This document shows positions 54,391 through 63,234 of a stretch of 64,000 bases of DNA, one piece after another. Where the stretch lies: contig JBCCHT010000027.1 of the NCBI GenBank assembly GCA_039028615.1, positions 32,001 through 96,000 on the forward strand. Reading direction: 5' to 3'. The translations under genes were made by a program, and so were the position numbers. The stretch comes from Myxococcota bacterium. GTDB taxonomy: Bacteria; Myxococcota_A; Polyangia; Nannocystales; Nannocystaceae. The first letter of the stretch is position 1. Each line of letters begins with the position of its first letter. The notes under the pieces are model-generated. The model saw only the letters and a program-made list of their open reading frames with translations. It searched no databases and was not told the origin of the DNA.

Positions 54391-54726
54391 ATGCCCATCA
54401 ATCGTCGACGTCATCGCATGTTCGTGACCCAGAACACCGAGTACCACCTGCGCCTGGACGAGTGCGTCGGCGTGCGGGACCGCGACACGGGCACCTGGCA
54501 GCGCCACCATGCGGCCCTGCGGCTGCGTGCGGTTCAGCTGCCCCCGATGGGCCACGACCACAGCTGGGTGGGCAAGCGGTTGCAGTTTTGGGGTTCGGCC
54601 ACCGACGTCGTGACCTCGACCGTCACCGGGGTCGCCCGGCCCGACCGCGAGTGTCTCCCCAGCTACGTCAGCCTCGAGCGGGCGGGCATGATCAACGCGC
54701 CCGAGCCGGCCATGGCCACCGCCTGA
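54391..54726 (+). CDS. Small hypothetical protein
   Basis: GGAGG RBS before the ATG. RRRHRMFVTQNTEYH...CVGVRDR resembles a small myxobacterial conserved protein. Confidence 0.7.
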   Translation: MPINRRRHRMFVTQNTEYHLRLDECVGVRDRDTGTWQRHHAALRLRAVQLPPMGHDHSWVGKRLQFWGSATDVVTSTVTGVARPDRECLPSYVSLERAGMINAPEPAMATA

Positions 54727-54742
54727 GGGCGGGCCTCTCGGC

Positions 54743-55642
54743 TCACATGAGGATGCCCCGCTCGTCGACCTGGGGCACCTCGACCAAGTTCTCTTCGCCG
54801 AGACGCTCGCCGTTGTTGCGCTCGATCATCATCGACATGTTCATCAGCGGCAGCCCGTTGAAGTACATGGTGAAGGGATCCTCGAGCACCCGCCCCACCT
54901 CGCTGATGAGCGTGAACGACAGGCACACGAGCACGCTGATGGGCACCGTCAGCCAGGCCAGGTCTTCCACGATGGCCAGGGGAAAGAGCAAGCCGTAGGC
55001 GATGATCAGCCGCTCGGCGATGAACGCATAGCCGCGAGGCATCGGCGTCTTCTTGATCCGCTCGCAGCCGCCCTGGACCGCCAGCATCTCCTCGATGCAG
55101 CGATCCATCAGCTGCATGCGGAACTCGCTGAGCTTGCCCGCCTCGTCGAGCGCGATGAGCTCCTCGGTCTGCTTGTGCAGCACCGCGTGGGTGATGTTGC
55201 TCTGCCCCCGGTACATCTCGGGGTCGTCCGGCACCGAGCGCATGAACTCCGCGTCGTCGAGCGGGTCTTGCTTGCGGAGCAGGCAGCGCAGCGCGTGCAC
55301 GTAGGCGGCGTGGCGGTGAACGAGCCGAGTCTTGGTCTCCGGCTCGTCCGTGGGCAGGTACACGATGACCTTGGTCGCGAAGTGTCGCGACACGTTGATC
55401 ATGCGCCCCCACAGCTTGCGACCCTCCCACCAGCGGTCGTAGGCCGAGTTCGTCCGAAAGCTGACGAAGATGCCGAGCGCCGCACCGACCACCGCCATGG
55501 GTGCGGTGGGCAGCAGCATCCAGTCGAGCAGCTTCAGCTGCCACAGCAGCGCCGCGGCGGTGCTGCTGAGCACGAACACGGTGACCATTCGCCATTGCCA
55601 CTGGATCAGTCGCAGGACCGATCCACGAGTCGAGACCATCAT
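54743..55642 (-). CDS. Bestrophin family (YneE-like) channel
   Basis: FRTNSAYDRWWEGRKLWG, GGCERIKKTPMP and LEDPF. Confidence 0.92.
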   Translation of the reverse strand: MMVSTRGSVLRLIQWQWRMVTVFVLSSTAAALLWQLKLLDWMLLPTAPMAVVGAALGIFVSFRTNSAYDRWWEGRKLWGRMINVSRHFATKVIVYLPTDEPETKTRLVHRHAAYVHALRCLLRKQDPLDDAEFMRSVPDDPEMYRGQSNITHAVLHKQTEELIALDEAGKLSEFRMQLMDRCIEEMLAVQGGCERIKKTPMPRGYAFIAERLIIAYGLLFPLAIVEDLAWLTVPISVLVCLSFTLISEVGRVLEDPFTMYFNGLPLMNMSMMIERNNGERLGEENLVEVPQVDERGILM

Positions 55643-55730
55643 CGGATCACTTCTCCCTCACGTAGAAACCGCGTGCGCTGCCGGGGCAGCACACGCGGTC
55701 CTTCATCGGCGCCACTGCCGACGGGGTTAC

Positions 55731-56693
55731 TCAGCCGGCCTTCTTGCCGTCCTGCTTGGCCTCGGCGGGAGCCTTCGCGTCGCCGGCGGGAGCCTTCGCG
55801 TCGCCAGCAGCCGGGGCCTTCGCGTCACCTTCGGGCGCCTTCGCATCGCCAGCAGCGGGGGCCTTCGCGTCGCCAGCGGGGGCCTTCGCGTCACCGGCGG
55901 GAGCCTTCGCGTCGCCAGCAGCCGGGGCCTTCGCGTCGCCGGCGGGCGCCTTGGCGTCACCAGCCGGCTTGGCCGAGGGCACGCCGTCGCCGTCGGAGCA
56001 GCACATCACGCCGCCGTTGCTCGCGGAGGTGACCGCACCGCAGCCCTCGCTGGTGCCGCGAGAGATTCGGGTCTTGCCCTTCCAGACGCCGTCCTTGCAC
56101 TTGCCGCCCAGGCAGTCGTTGCCGCAGCAGACCGGCTCGGAGCCGAGGCCCGCCTGGAAGCACGGCAGCGTGGTGTTGGCCGAGATCTTCGGGCACGGGT
56201 TGATCTCTTCGCTGATGGAGTGACTGACGGCGGCGTTGAAACGACCCGGGCCCGCGTTGTCGCAGTCGGTCGCCGACGCGCGGTCGGTCATGTCCTTGCC
56301 CTTGCCGCCCGTGCCACACACGTGCCACCCGGGCGCACACAGGTCGGCCGGCACCGCACACGCGGCACCGTCGTCACCACACGCCTTGCCGGTCGGCTTG
56401 TCGCGCAGGCTCTTGGTGCCCTCCCACGTGCCGACGCAGCCGGCGACGCGGGGGTGCTTCTTCATGTCGGCGAAGCCTTCGCGCTGGCCATCGGCACAAC
56501 CGACGACGGCGGGGTCACCCTTCTCGCTCTCGACGAACTTCACGCCCTTCATCGAGCCGGGGCGATCGCCATCGAAGTAGTCGCCTTCGTAGGGGCCCGA
56601 CCCACACGTGCATCCGGCACTCAGCACCACGGTGGCCAACGGGAGCGCAGCAAGACAGGACATGAGGCGCGAAAGTCGCGAGAACCCGAACAT
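55731..56693 (-). CDS. Cys-rich lipoprotein with C-terminal (A/E)GDAKAP repeats
   Basis: Lipobox LSAGC, a Cys-rich domain (GCADGQREGF...DLCAPGWHVC) and nine GDAKAP units. Confidence 0.78.
   Translation of the reverse strand: MFGFSRLSRLMSCLAALPLATVVLSAGCTCGSGPYEGDYFDGDRPGSMKGVKFVESEKGDPAVVGCADGQREGFADMKKHPRVAGCVGTWEGTKSLRDKPTGKACGDDGAACAVPADLCAPGWHVCGTGGKGKDMTDRASATDCDNAGPGRFNAAVSHSISEEINPCPKISANTTLPCFQAGLGSEPVCCGNDCLGGKCKDGVWKGKTRISRGTSEGCGAVTSASNGGVMCCSDGDGVPSAKPAGDAKAPAGDAKAPAAGDAKAPAGDAKAPAGDAKAPAAGDAKAPEGDAKAPAAGDAKAPAGDAKAPAEAKQDGKKAG
55767..55964 (-). repeat. Coding tandem repeat: nine 21/24-bp units encoding (A)AGDAKAP
   Basis: Repeated GCCTTCGCGTCGCC core on the + strand, in frame within the lipoprotein gene. 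Confidence 0.9.
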
Positions 56694-56942
56694 GCGGCGA
56701 AGAATAGGCAAGCTTGTGGCGGCTGCCTAGAGGACTGCACGGTTTGCGGGCGCTTCGGATGCTCGTCAGCTCGGCGGCCGCCGAACCCGTGCCCCGATGG
56801 CCTCGGATCTGGGCCGCTGTCTGGCGCTCAATGCGGCAGGTCGACGCGGCAGGCCCCATCCCGCGACCCTCATCGCCGACGGCCCACGCGTGTCGCGCTG
56901 GCCGTGACCGACCTCATCGGTTCCGTGGCTTTGGCGCCGCGA

Positions 56943-57905
56943 TCACGCGCCGACCCGAGGATGACGATCGCTGCTGTCGTCATCTTCGTCGTCGTCGTCA
57001 TCATCATCGTCGTCGTCCTCGTACTCGGCGAGCTCCGCCTCGAGCTTCTCCATGCGCTCGCGCTCGGGCTTCCCCACGATGTACGCGACGCCGATGCTGG
57101 CGAAGAACAGCACGATCATCGGCAACGCCATGAGCACCTGGCTCACCGGCTCGGGCGGGGTCAAGAAGGCCCCCACCACGAAGAACGACAGCACCATGAT
57201 CTTCCAGTGCCGCAGCAGGGTCTTGTGCGTGATGATCCCGGCCTTGGCCAGGAAGAACACGCCCAGCGGGAACTGGAACATCACCCCGAAGCCGAGCAGC
57301 AGCCGCGTGGTGTACTTGATGTAGTCGGTATAGGTGTAGTTCGCGATGATCTGCACCGCCTCGGCACCGTCGCCCGTGGTCTTGTCGAGCGGGTACTGAA
57401 GCAGGAACTCGGTGGCCAGCGGCAACACCAGGTAGAAGCAGAACGCCGCGCCACCGATGAACATCACCGCACTGGTGCCGGCAAAGGGCACCACCAGCTT
57501 CTTCTCGCGCTTGTACAGCCCCGGCGAGATGAACATCCACAGCTGGTAGAAGACGATGGGCGCCGCGATGAACAGGCCACCGATCAGCGCGATGCGGATG
57601 TCGGTGAGCACGCTCTCGAACGCGGTGAGGTTCTGGAGCTTGGGGCCGCCGTCGGGCAGGCACGCCGCGCCCGCCTCGACGCACTTGTCCTGCACCTTCC
57701 ACCACGCGTTGCGGTAGGGCTGGAGCAGCAGCTGCGTCAGGTGGTCGACCAGCGCGTAGCAGCCGATGAAGCCGATCCCCAAGCTGGCGGCGGTCTTCAT
57801 CAAGCGCGACCGCAGCTCGGCGAGGTGGTCGAAGAACGACATCGGCTGGTCGTCTTCGGGACCCTCTGCCAGTCCGTCTTCTCCGTTGTGCTCTTCGTCG
57901 GCCAT
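56943..57905 (-). CDS. tatC: Twin-arginine translocase subunit TatC
   Basis: MSFFDHLAELRSRL, YQLWMFISPGLYKREKK, FQFP and AFLTPPEPVSQ. Confidence 0.96.
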   Translation of the reverse strand: MADEEHNGEDGLAEGPEDDQPMSFFDHLAELRSRLMKTAASLGIGFIGCYALVDHLTQLLLQPYRNAWWKVQDKCVEAGAACLPDGGPKLQNLTAFESVLTDIRIALIGGLFIAAPIVFYQLWMFISPGLYKREKKLVVPFAGTSAVMFIGGAAFCFYLVLPLATEFLLQYPLDKTTGDGAEAVQIIANYTYTDYIKYTTRLLLGFGVMFQFPLGVFFLAKAGIITHKTLLRHWKIMVLSFFVVGAFLTPPEPVSQVLMALPMIVLFFASIGVAYIVGKPERERMEKLEAELAEYEDDDDDDDDDDEDDDSSDRHPRVGA

Positions 57906-58006
57906 GGGTTCGGCGGCAGGAGTGTACTCGACCCGGCCCGGCGACGCCCATCCGGTCGATCGGGCGGGTGCGGGTGGTCTCGCCCCCAGGGTCGCTCAGA
58001 CGAGTG

Positions 58007-58678
58007 CTACGCCGCGCCCTGATTGGACGACGAGTCACCCGAGGGCGGGCCCGCATCCTTCATGGCGTGGCGCGGATCGACCGACTTCGGAGCGGAGGGC
58101 CCGGCCGCACCCGCATGACGCGGATCGACCGACTTCGGCGTCGACGTGGAGCCAGCCGCGACCGTGCCCTTCGGGGCAGAGAAGCGCGGAACGGACGACG
58201 ACTCGGCGCTGGGAGCCGGGGTGGCGCCGGAGGCCGGAGTGGGCGCGGGATTCGGAGCCGCGCTCGAATCGGCGGCGCCGGCCGCCTCGGCCGCCTCGGC
58301 CTCGCCCTCAGCCTCTCCCTCTCGAGGCTGGCGAGGGTTCTGCTCGGCCTGAGCCTCGCGCTCGATCCGCTCGCGCTCGCGGGAGACCTTGATGAGCTTG
58401 TTCTCGGCCCGGCGGGCTTCCATGCGGGCCTTCATCAGCTCGCGGCGGGCTGCCCCCTCGACGTCGCGGAGCCCGGCCTTCGTGTCGTTGACCGCGTCCT
58501 TGAGGTCCTGCATGGCCTCTTCTTGCATGATCGCGTCCTTGAACTCGTCGGCGGTACGCCGAATCGAGCCCCAGAACTGGGAGATGCTCCGAATGATCTT
58601 GGGCAGCTCTCGCGGGGAGAACAGCATCAACGCCAGGAGCGCGACCACGATCAGCTCGGTGGTGCCGATACCGAACAC
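58007..58678 (-). CDS. tatB: Twin-arginine translocase subunit TatB
   Basis: MFGIGTTELIVVALLALMLFSPRELP, an amphipathic helix and a long disordered tail. Directly upstream of tatC. Confidence 0.85.
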   Translation of the reverse strand: MFGIGTTELIVVALLALMLFSPRELPKIIRSISQFWGSIRRTADEFKDAIMQEEAMQDLKDAVNDTKAGLRDVEGAARRELMKARMEARRAENKLIKVSRERERIEREAQAEQNPRQPREGEAEGEAEAAEAAGAADSSAAPNPAPTPASGATPAPSAESSSVPRFSAPKGTVAAGSTSTPKSVDPRHAGAAGPSAPKSVDPRHAMKDAGPPSGDSSSNQGAA

Positions 58679-58844
58679 GCCGACACGATAGCAGCCCCGT
58701 GGTGACCCGGCGAGGCCGCCGAGTGCTCATGGCGTCGACAACGCGCCCACGGGCCGTGCGACCCCGTAGGGCCCCAAACGCAGCGAAGCACCGTGCCTTT
58801 CGGCGACGGTGCTTCTCCACACGAAGGCTCGGGACCCCGAACCT

Positions 58845-60785
58845 TCAGATCCGAATGCGCTCGCGCTGGCGCCGGGTGTTGGCCGCCAATTCCTCCAGAG
58901 CTCCGACGATGGCGCCCGCGCTCTCGGTCTGACCGCGGTGGGCTTCGTTGAGCTGGTTGACCATCTCGCTGATGGTCTCGATGGCGCGGGTGATCTGCCG
59001 GCTGCCGCGGGTCTGCTCCTGGGTGGAGCGCTCCACGTGCCGGGTGATCGCCTTCATCTTCTCGGCCGAGCGCATGATCTGCTCCGCGCCACGGGCCTGC
59101 TCGGCGGTGGCGGTCGCGACCTGCTGCACGGTGGTGGCCACGACGTTGATGGCGTCGGTGACCTGCTTGGAGCCCTTGGTCTGCTCGACGGTGGCGCGGG
59201 CGATCTCCCGGACCATCTGCGTGGAGCGTCGGGCCGCGTCGGAGATCCGCTTGAGGGCGTCCTCCGCCTGATGGCTGACCCGGACGCCGTCGTCGACGCT
59301 CTTGCTCGAGCGCTGCACCGCCTGGACCGCGTTGCGAGACTCTCGCTGCACCGCCTTGATGATCTCGGCGATCTCCTTGGTGCTGGTGGCGGAGCGCTCG
59401 GCCAGGTCCTTGATCTCGTCGGCCACGACCGCGAAGCCCTTGCCGTGCTCGCCCGCCTGGGCCGCGATGATGGCCGCGTTGAGGGCGAGCAGGTTGGTCT
59501 GCTCGGAGACGTCGTCGATGACGCTGAGGATCTTGCCGATCTCGTCGATGCGTCCGCCCAGCCGGGAAATGACGGCCACCGCGTCCGCGGCGGAGTTCTT
59601 GATGAGGTTGATGACCTCGATGGTCTGGTTGATGGCGTCGACGCCACCCTCGGCGGCCCACACCACCTCTTCGGACAGCTGCGCCGTCTCGTTGGCGTTG
59701 TTCTCGACCTGCTGGATGGAGATGTCCATCTCGTTCATCGCCGAAGAGGTCTCCTCGGCGGTGGTCGACAGCGCCTCGATGTTCTTGGCGACCTCCTTGA
59801 CCGAGAAGGTCATCTCCTCGATGGACGTGGCCGTCTCCTGCACCGATGCGGCGAGGTTGAACATGCTCTCGGCCACCTCGTCGTTGGCCGCGGCCCTCTC
59901 GAGGATGGAGGAGCTGCTCTCCTCGGCGTTGGAGGCCAACAGCTCGACGTTCTCGCTGATGCCCTTGAGGCCCGCGTTCATCTCGGTCATCGCGGCCAAG
60001 ATGTGATCGATGGTGGCCAGGGCCTCGCCCAGCTCGGTGACCATGCGCTCGGGACCGTGCGGAATGAGCGTGTCCGCGGCCGGCTTGCGCTGCGAGTCGA
60101 GCTGCTGCTCGAGCTCGGCGATGCGGCTGTTGAGCTCGCGGACCTGGCCGGACTCTTCCTCGTCGAGGCCGCCCTGCGTGCTCTCCATGCGCTCGAGCTC
60201 CGCCACCGCGCGGCGGGACTCTTCGAGGTCTCGCTGTACCCGCTCCAGGCTCTCGCGGGCGCCGTCGAGCTCGGCCTGGGCCGCGGCTCGTGCCTGGCGA
60301 GCACGGTCCAGCTCGCCCTGCGCTTCTTCTCGGCTCTCGCGGAGCTCGGCCGCCTGCTGCTCGAGCTCGCCTTGGCGCGAGGTCAGCTCGGAGGCATTGC
60401 GATCGGTGCGGGCCTTGTCGTCGAGCGCAGCCTTGGCCTCGCTGCGAGCATCGTCCCGTTCCTCGCGGAACTTCGACGCCTGCTCGCGCGCTTGCTCGAG
60501 CTCCCCCTTGACCCGGTCGAGCTCGTCGGGGCTGACCACCGAGCGACCTTGCAAGGCCTTGAGTTCGGTCGTCGCCTCTTCGAGCTTCTTCTCCGAGCTG
60601 GAGATGTCGCCGGCCAGACGCTTGGCGTCCTCACCCAGGAGCCACCCCAAACCACCAGCAGCCAGCCCGGCGACGCCGGCCAACACTGCCTGTTCTGGGA
60701 GAACGAACGGAATTACAATCGCCACCAACCCAGCCGCGACCGGGACAATGGTGGGAAACCGGGTGCTTTCGATCGAACCGGCCAA
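58845..60785 (-). CDS. Methyl-accepting chemotaxis protein
   Basis: Hairpin-tip signature [44 protein letters not shown]-terminal hydrophobic hairpin and long coiled coil. Start uncertain (TTG 60785 is one candidate). Confidence 0.9.
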   Translation of the reverse strand: MAGSIESTRFPTIVPVAAGLVAIVIPFVLPEQAVLAGVAGLAAGGLGWLLGEDAKRLAGDISSSEKKLEEATTELKALQGRSVVSPDELDRVKGELEQAREQASKFREERDDARSEAKAALDDKARTDRNASELTSRQGELEQQAAELRESREEAQGELDRARQARAAAQAELDGARESLERVQRDLEESRRAVAELERMESTQGGLDEEESGQVRELNSRIAELEQQLDSQRKPAADTLIPHGPERMVTELGEALATIDHILAAMTEMNAGLKGISENVELLASNAEESSSSILERAAANDEVAESMFNLAASVQETATSIEEMTFSVKEVAKNIEALSTTAEETSSAMNEMDISIQQVENNANETAQLSEEVVWAAEGGVDAINQTIEVINLIKNSAADAVAVISRLGGRIDEIGKILSVIDDVSEQTNLLALNAAIIAAQAGEHGKGFAVVADEIKDLAERSATSTKEIAEIIKAVQRESRNAVQAVQRSSKSVDDGVRVSHQAEDALKRISDAARRSTQMVREIARATVEQTKGSKQVTDAINVVATTVQQVATATAEQARGAEQIMRSAEKMKAITRHVERSTQEQTRGSRQITRAIETISEMVNQLNEAHRGQTESAGAIVGALEELAANTRRQRERIRI

Positions 60786-61057
60786 GACGCGTGATCTTAC
60801 GGAACCTGGCGGAGACCGGCCAGCAACCGCCCAAATCAACTCTGAAATGCTCCGTGGGCCTTCCCAGCCCTCGAACGGAGCTGGACATCCGCACAGCCCG
60901 AGCGGACCCGGGCTCCAATCGCGTTTGCGTCCGCTCTGTGGGTGTCTTCGCCGATCGGCCCCTCGGACCGTGAGTCCGCGAGCCGTGGGAAGGGCGCAAG
61001 GCGGACGGGAAGCGTCCCGCATCGTTCCGCAGGATTCCGCACGCCGACGGACGAGGC

Positions 61058-61086
61058 CGGCCCCACGGGGTGGGCCCGCGGGGCCG
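61058..61086 (-). terminator. GC-rich hairpin downstream of the precursor-peptide genes
   Basis: Minus strand CGGCCCC-G-CGGG-(CCCAC)-CCCG-T-GGGGCCG forms a 12-bp stem with one G-U pair, fully paired only in the minus-strand RNA. No U-tract. Confidence 0.45.
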
Positions 61087-61153
61087 CCGGGCGCTTCATC
61101 GCGGTCGCTCTCGAGCCAACGCGGGGGCAGCCGGGCCGCCCCCGCGTCGGTGA

Positions 61154-61297
61154 CTAGTGGGGTTTTTCGAAGGTGCAGTCGCACACCGTCTTGGTCAGAC
61201 CGGTCTTCGACTCCGCCGTCGTCTTCTTGCCCGCGGCAGTCTCGGCACCACCGCGGACCTTTCGCAGGTCGCTCAAGCTGAGCTTCTTGGTCGGCAT
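61154..61297 (-). CDS. Putative RiPP precursor peptide 3 (47 aa; double-glycine leader, CxC core)
   Basis: Hand translation: [47 protein letters not shown]. Absent from the ORF track. Starts 9 nt after the stop of peptide 2. Confidence 0.85.
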   Translation of the reverse strand: MPTKKLSLSDLRKVRGGAETAAGKKTTAESKTGLTKTVCDCTFEKPH

Positions 61298-61306
61298 GGC
61301 GTCGGC

Positions 61307-61465
61307 CTACATCTGGGGGTTCTTGCGAACCTCGTCGTGGCACTTGCAGCGGATGAGGCCGTCGTCCGACTCGGATTCGAACTTGTCCGACTTGGTCCAC
61401 TTGCCGATGGCCAGGGCACCGCGCACGTGCTTGAGATCGCTGAGGCTGATTTGCTTGTTCTTCAT
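61307..61465 (-). CDS. Putative RiPP precursor peptide 2 (52 aa; GA-type leader, CxC core)
   Basis: [52 protein letters not shown], with GGGAAC upstream of the ATG at 61465. Confidence 0.85.
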   Translation of the reverse strand: MKNKQISLSDLKHVRGALAIGKWTKSDKFESESDDGLIRCKCHDEVRKNPQM

Positions 61466-61502
61466 GATGATTGTTCCCGTTGTTGGTGATTGATGATGGG
61501 GG

Positions 61503-61649
61503 CTACTTGATGGGGCTGTTGTCCACGCAGTCGCAGATGCGCTTCTTGGAGCCGTCGGCGTTGTCGGACGAGGTCTTCTTCTTGCCGGCGACTTCCAGAC
61601 CACCGCGGACCGCACGGAGATCACTCAAGGTGAGTTGCTTCTTGTTCAT
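61503..61649 (-). CDS. Putative RiPP precursor peptide 1 (48 aa; double-glycine leader, CxC core)
   Basis: MNKKQLTLSDLRAVRGG-LEVAGKKKTSSDNADGSKKRICDCVDNSPIK*, with AGGAAG upstream of the ATG at 61649. Confidence 0.85.
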   Translation of the reverse strand: MNKKQLTLSDLRAVRGGLEVAGKKKTSSDNADGSKKRICDCVDNSPIK

Positions 61650-61710
61650 GTCGTTTCTTCCTGTCATCGGGTTTGGAGGCTCATGGCGAGCGCGCAGGTG
61701 AACCCGGCAC

Positions 61711-63225
61711 CTACGCCGCGGGAAGCTGGGCCGAGGCGGCGTGCATGCCCTGGAGGCTCGAGCCGAGCTCGGCTGCGGCCGCACGCACACGCTGGCGTGC
61801 GGGGCCGAGGCGCTCGAGCAGCTCTTCGCTCGACTGCGACGCGTCGAGCTGGCGGAGCGCGTCGTTGAAGCAGTCGCGAGCGCGACACACCACCGACGAC
61901 GACGGCGGGCCCGACGAGCACGGCGGATAGAGCACCCGCGCGTGCACGCCCGGCTCGGGATCGGCGAGGTCGTAGTGCGCACAGGCCTGGCCGTCGTCGT
62001 CGAAGTGAAACGCGTTGGCGTCCTGGAGGTACTCCGCGCAGACCTGGCGCGCGCCGTCTCGCAGCTGCTCTTCGTCGCCGCCGCGGGCGGTCCACATCTC
62101 GCCGATCGTCTCGACCATCCCGTCGATCGACTCGGGGGTCAGGGGCTCGCGTCGACACAGCTGCGCCATGCCTTCGGCCACCGCCCGCAGGTACTCGCGA
62201 CTCCGCGGCTCCCGTCGCAGGTCGTCTGCGGCCAGCGCCAGGACCCGCTGCACCTGGGCGATCGACTGCCGCGCCTGCACCACGACGAAGGCGAGCTCTT
62301 CGCCCGGCACCACGCCCTTGCCCCCGATCCGCTCGACCGGCGCCTCGCCGCTACGGCCGTAGCGAATCCCACAGGGGTGCCCCTCGCCCAGCACCGAGGC
62401 CAGCTCGAGGTCGAGGAAGCGACCGTCGAGGGTCGAGTTGTTGTTGAAGGAGTGCCAGTAGATCCCCAGGTGATAGAGCCGTCGGAAGTTGTCCACGCTT
62501 CGGGTCACCGAGGCCTCGATCGCCTCACAGATGACCTCGGGGGTGATCGCGTCGTCCTCGGCCTCGCCTCCGAGCCCGCGGTACAAGAGCTCCAGCGGCT
62601 CCAGCAGGTCGCCGCTGCCCAGGTCGGTCTGCAGCGCCTCGTGGATGAGGTTGGACCAGCGCAAGAACCCAGCCGGCTTGACGGAGATAGCCTGGACCCG
62701 CCGATCGACCGGCGCGAGCGGGAGCCCTTCTTCCGCGGCGAATCGGCACCACGGCTCGGCGAACTCGGGGTCCATGTCCCGCACGAGCACCGCCTCGCAG
62801 GGGATGATGGTGTCCCCCGCCCCGACCGCGCCCAGATAGTCGCTGATCAGCAGCTCCCGGATCGCTCCCGTCGCCGACAAGTGACCCGTACCGTGCATCG
62901 TGGAGCGGCGCACGTTCCAGTTCCACGCGAACTGCGTGCGACCGACCCCCTTGAGGTAGTAGCCGTCATAGAAGATCGCGCGGCCGCTGCCGGGGCATCG
63001 CGAGGACGGAGCGTGAGCCGCCCGCTGGGCATCCGCCCAACCGACCCGGGGGTCTCGCGCTTCGTCGCGCTGCGCGGCGGCGAATACCGGGATCGCCGAC
63101 AGATCCACCTGCCGAGCCAAGTGCTGATACCGAGGGTCGCAGGCGGTGAAGTCCGCCTCGCGGGTGGGCACGCCCACCAGCCACGGCGCGCGACCGGAGG
63201 AGTTGATCTGAGAGAGTCGGTGCAT
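61711..63225 (-). CDS. SelO/YdiU-like (MchC-like) pseudokinase-fold ATP-dependent enzyme; putative peptide maturase
   Basis: GSGRA...YLKGVGRT...HGTGHL...AIRE and GIYWHSFNNN...FLDLE parallel the SelO motifs GDGRA, LKG.G.T, IRE, HGVMNTDN and DYG. Confidence 0.72.
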   Translation of the reverse strand: MHRLSQINSSGRAPWLVGVPTREADFTACDPRYQHLARQVDLSAIPVFAAAQRDEARDPRVGWADAQRAAHAPSSRCPGSGRAIFYDGYYLKGVGRTQFAWNWNVRRSTMHGTGHLSATGAIRELLISDYLGAVGAGDTIIPCEAVLVRDMDPEFAEPWCRFAAEEGLPLAPVDRRVQAISVKPAGFLRWSNLIHEALQTDLGSGDLLEPLELLYRGLGGEAEDDAITPEVICEAIEASVTRSVDNFRRLYHLGIYWHSFNNNSTLDGRFLDLELASVLGEGHPCGIRYGRSGEAPVERIGGKGVVPGEELAFVVVQARQSIAQVQRVLALAADDLRREPRSREYLRAVAEGMAQLCRREPLTPESIDGMVETIGEMWTARGGDEEQLRDGARQVCAEYLQDANAFHFDDDGQACAHYDLADPEPGVHARVLYPPCSSGPPSSSVVCRARDCFNDALRQLDASQSSEELLERLGPARQRVRAAAAELGSSLQGMHAASAQLPAA

Positions 63226-63234
63226 GGTCGACGC

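Noticed and set aside
55767..55964. Short direct repeats that might suggest a CRISPR array
   Set aside because: The units are contiguous with no unique spacers, are in frame within a CDS, and no cas genes are present.
60786..61400. N-terminal extension of the MCP ORF to 61400 in the ORF track
   Set aside because: It overlaps precursor genes 2 and 3 in another frame, crosses the hairpin, and translates to low-complexity Arg/Pro/Gly sequence.
61154..61649. Assignment of the peptides to a known class (lanthipeptide, class IIb microcin, graspetide, lasso)
   Set aside because: No LanB/C/M, ATP-grasp or lasso cyclase gene is in the window, and the cores lack the Ser/Gly-rich microcin C-terminus. 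Genes beyond the window edge could change this.
61466..61982. Longer versions of the peptide ORFs (61307..61624 and 61503..61982)
   Set aside because: The extensions overlap upstream genes. The internal ATGs at 61465 and 61649 have RBS-like sequences and align with the shared leader.
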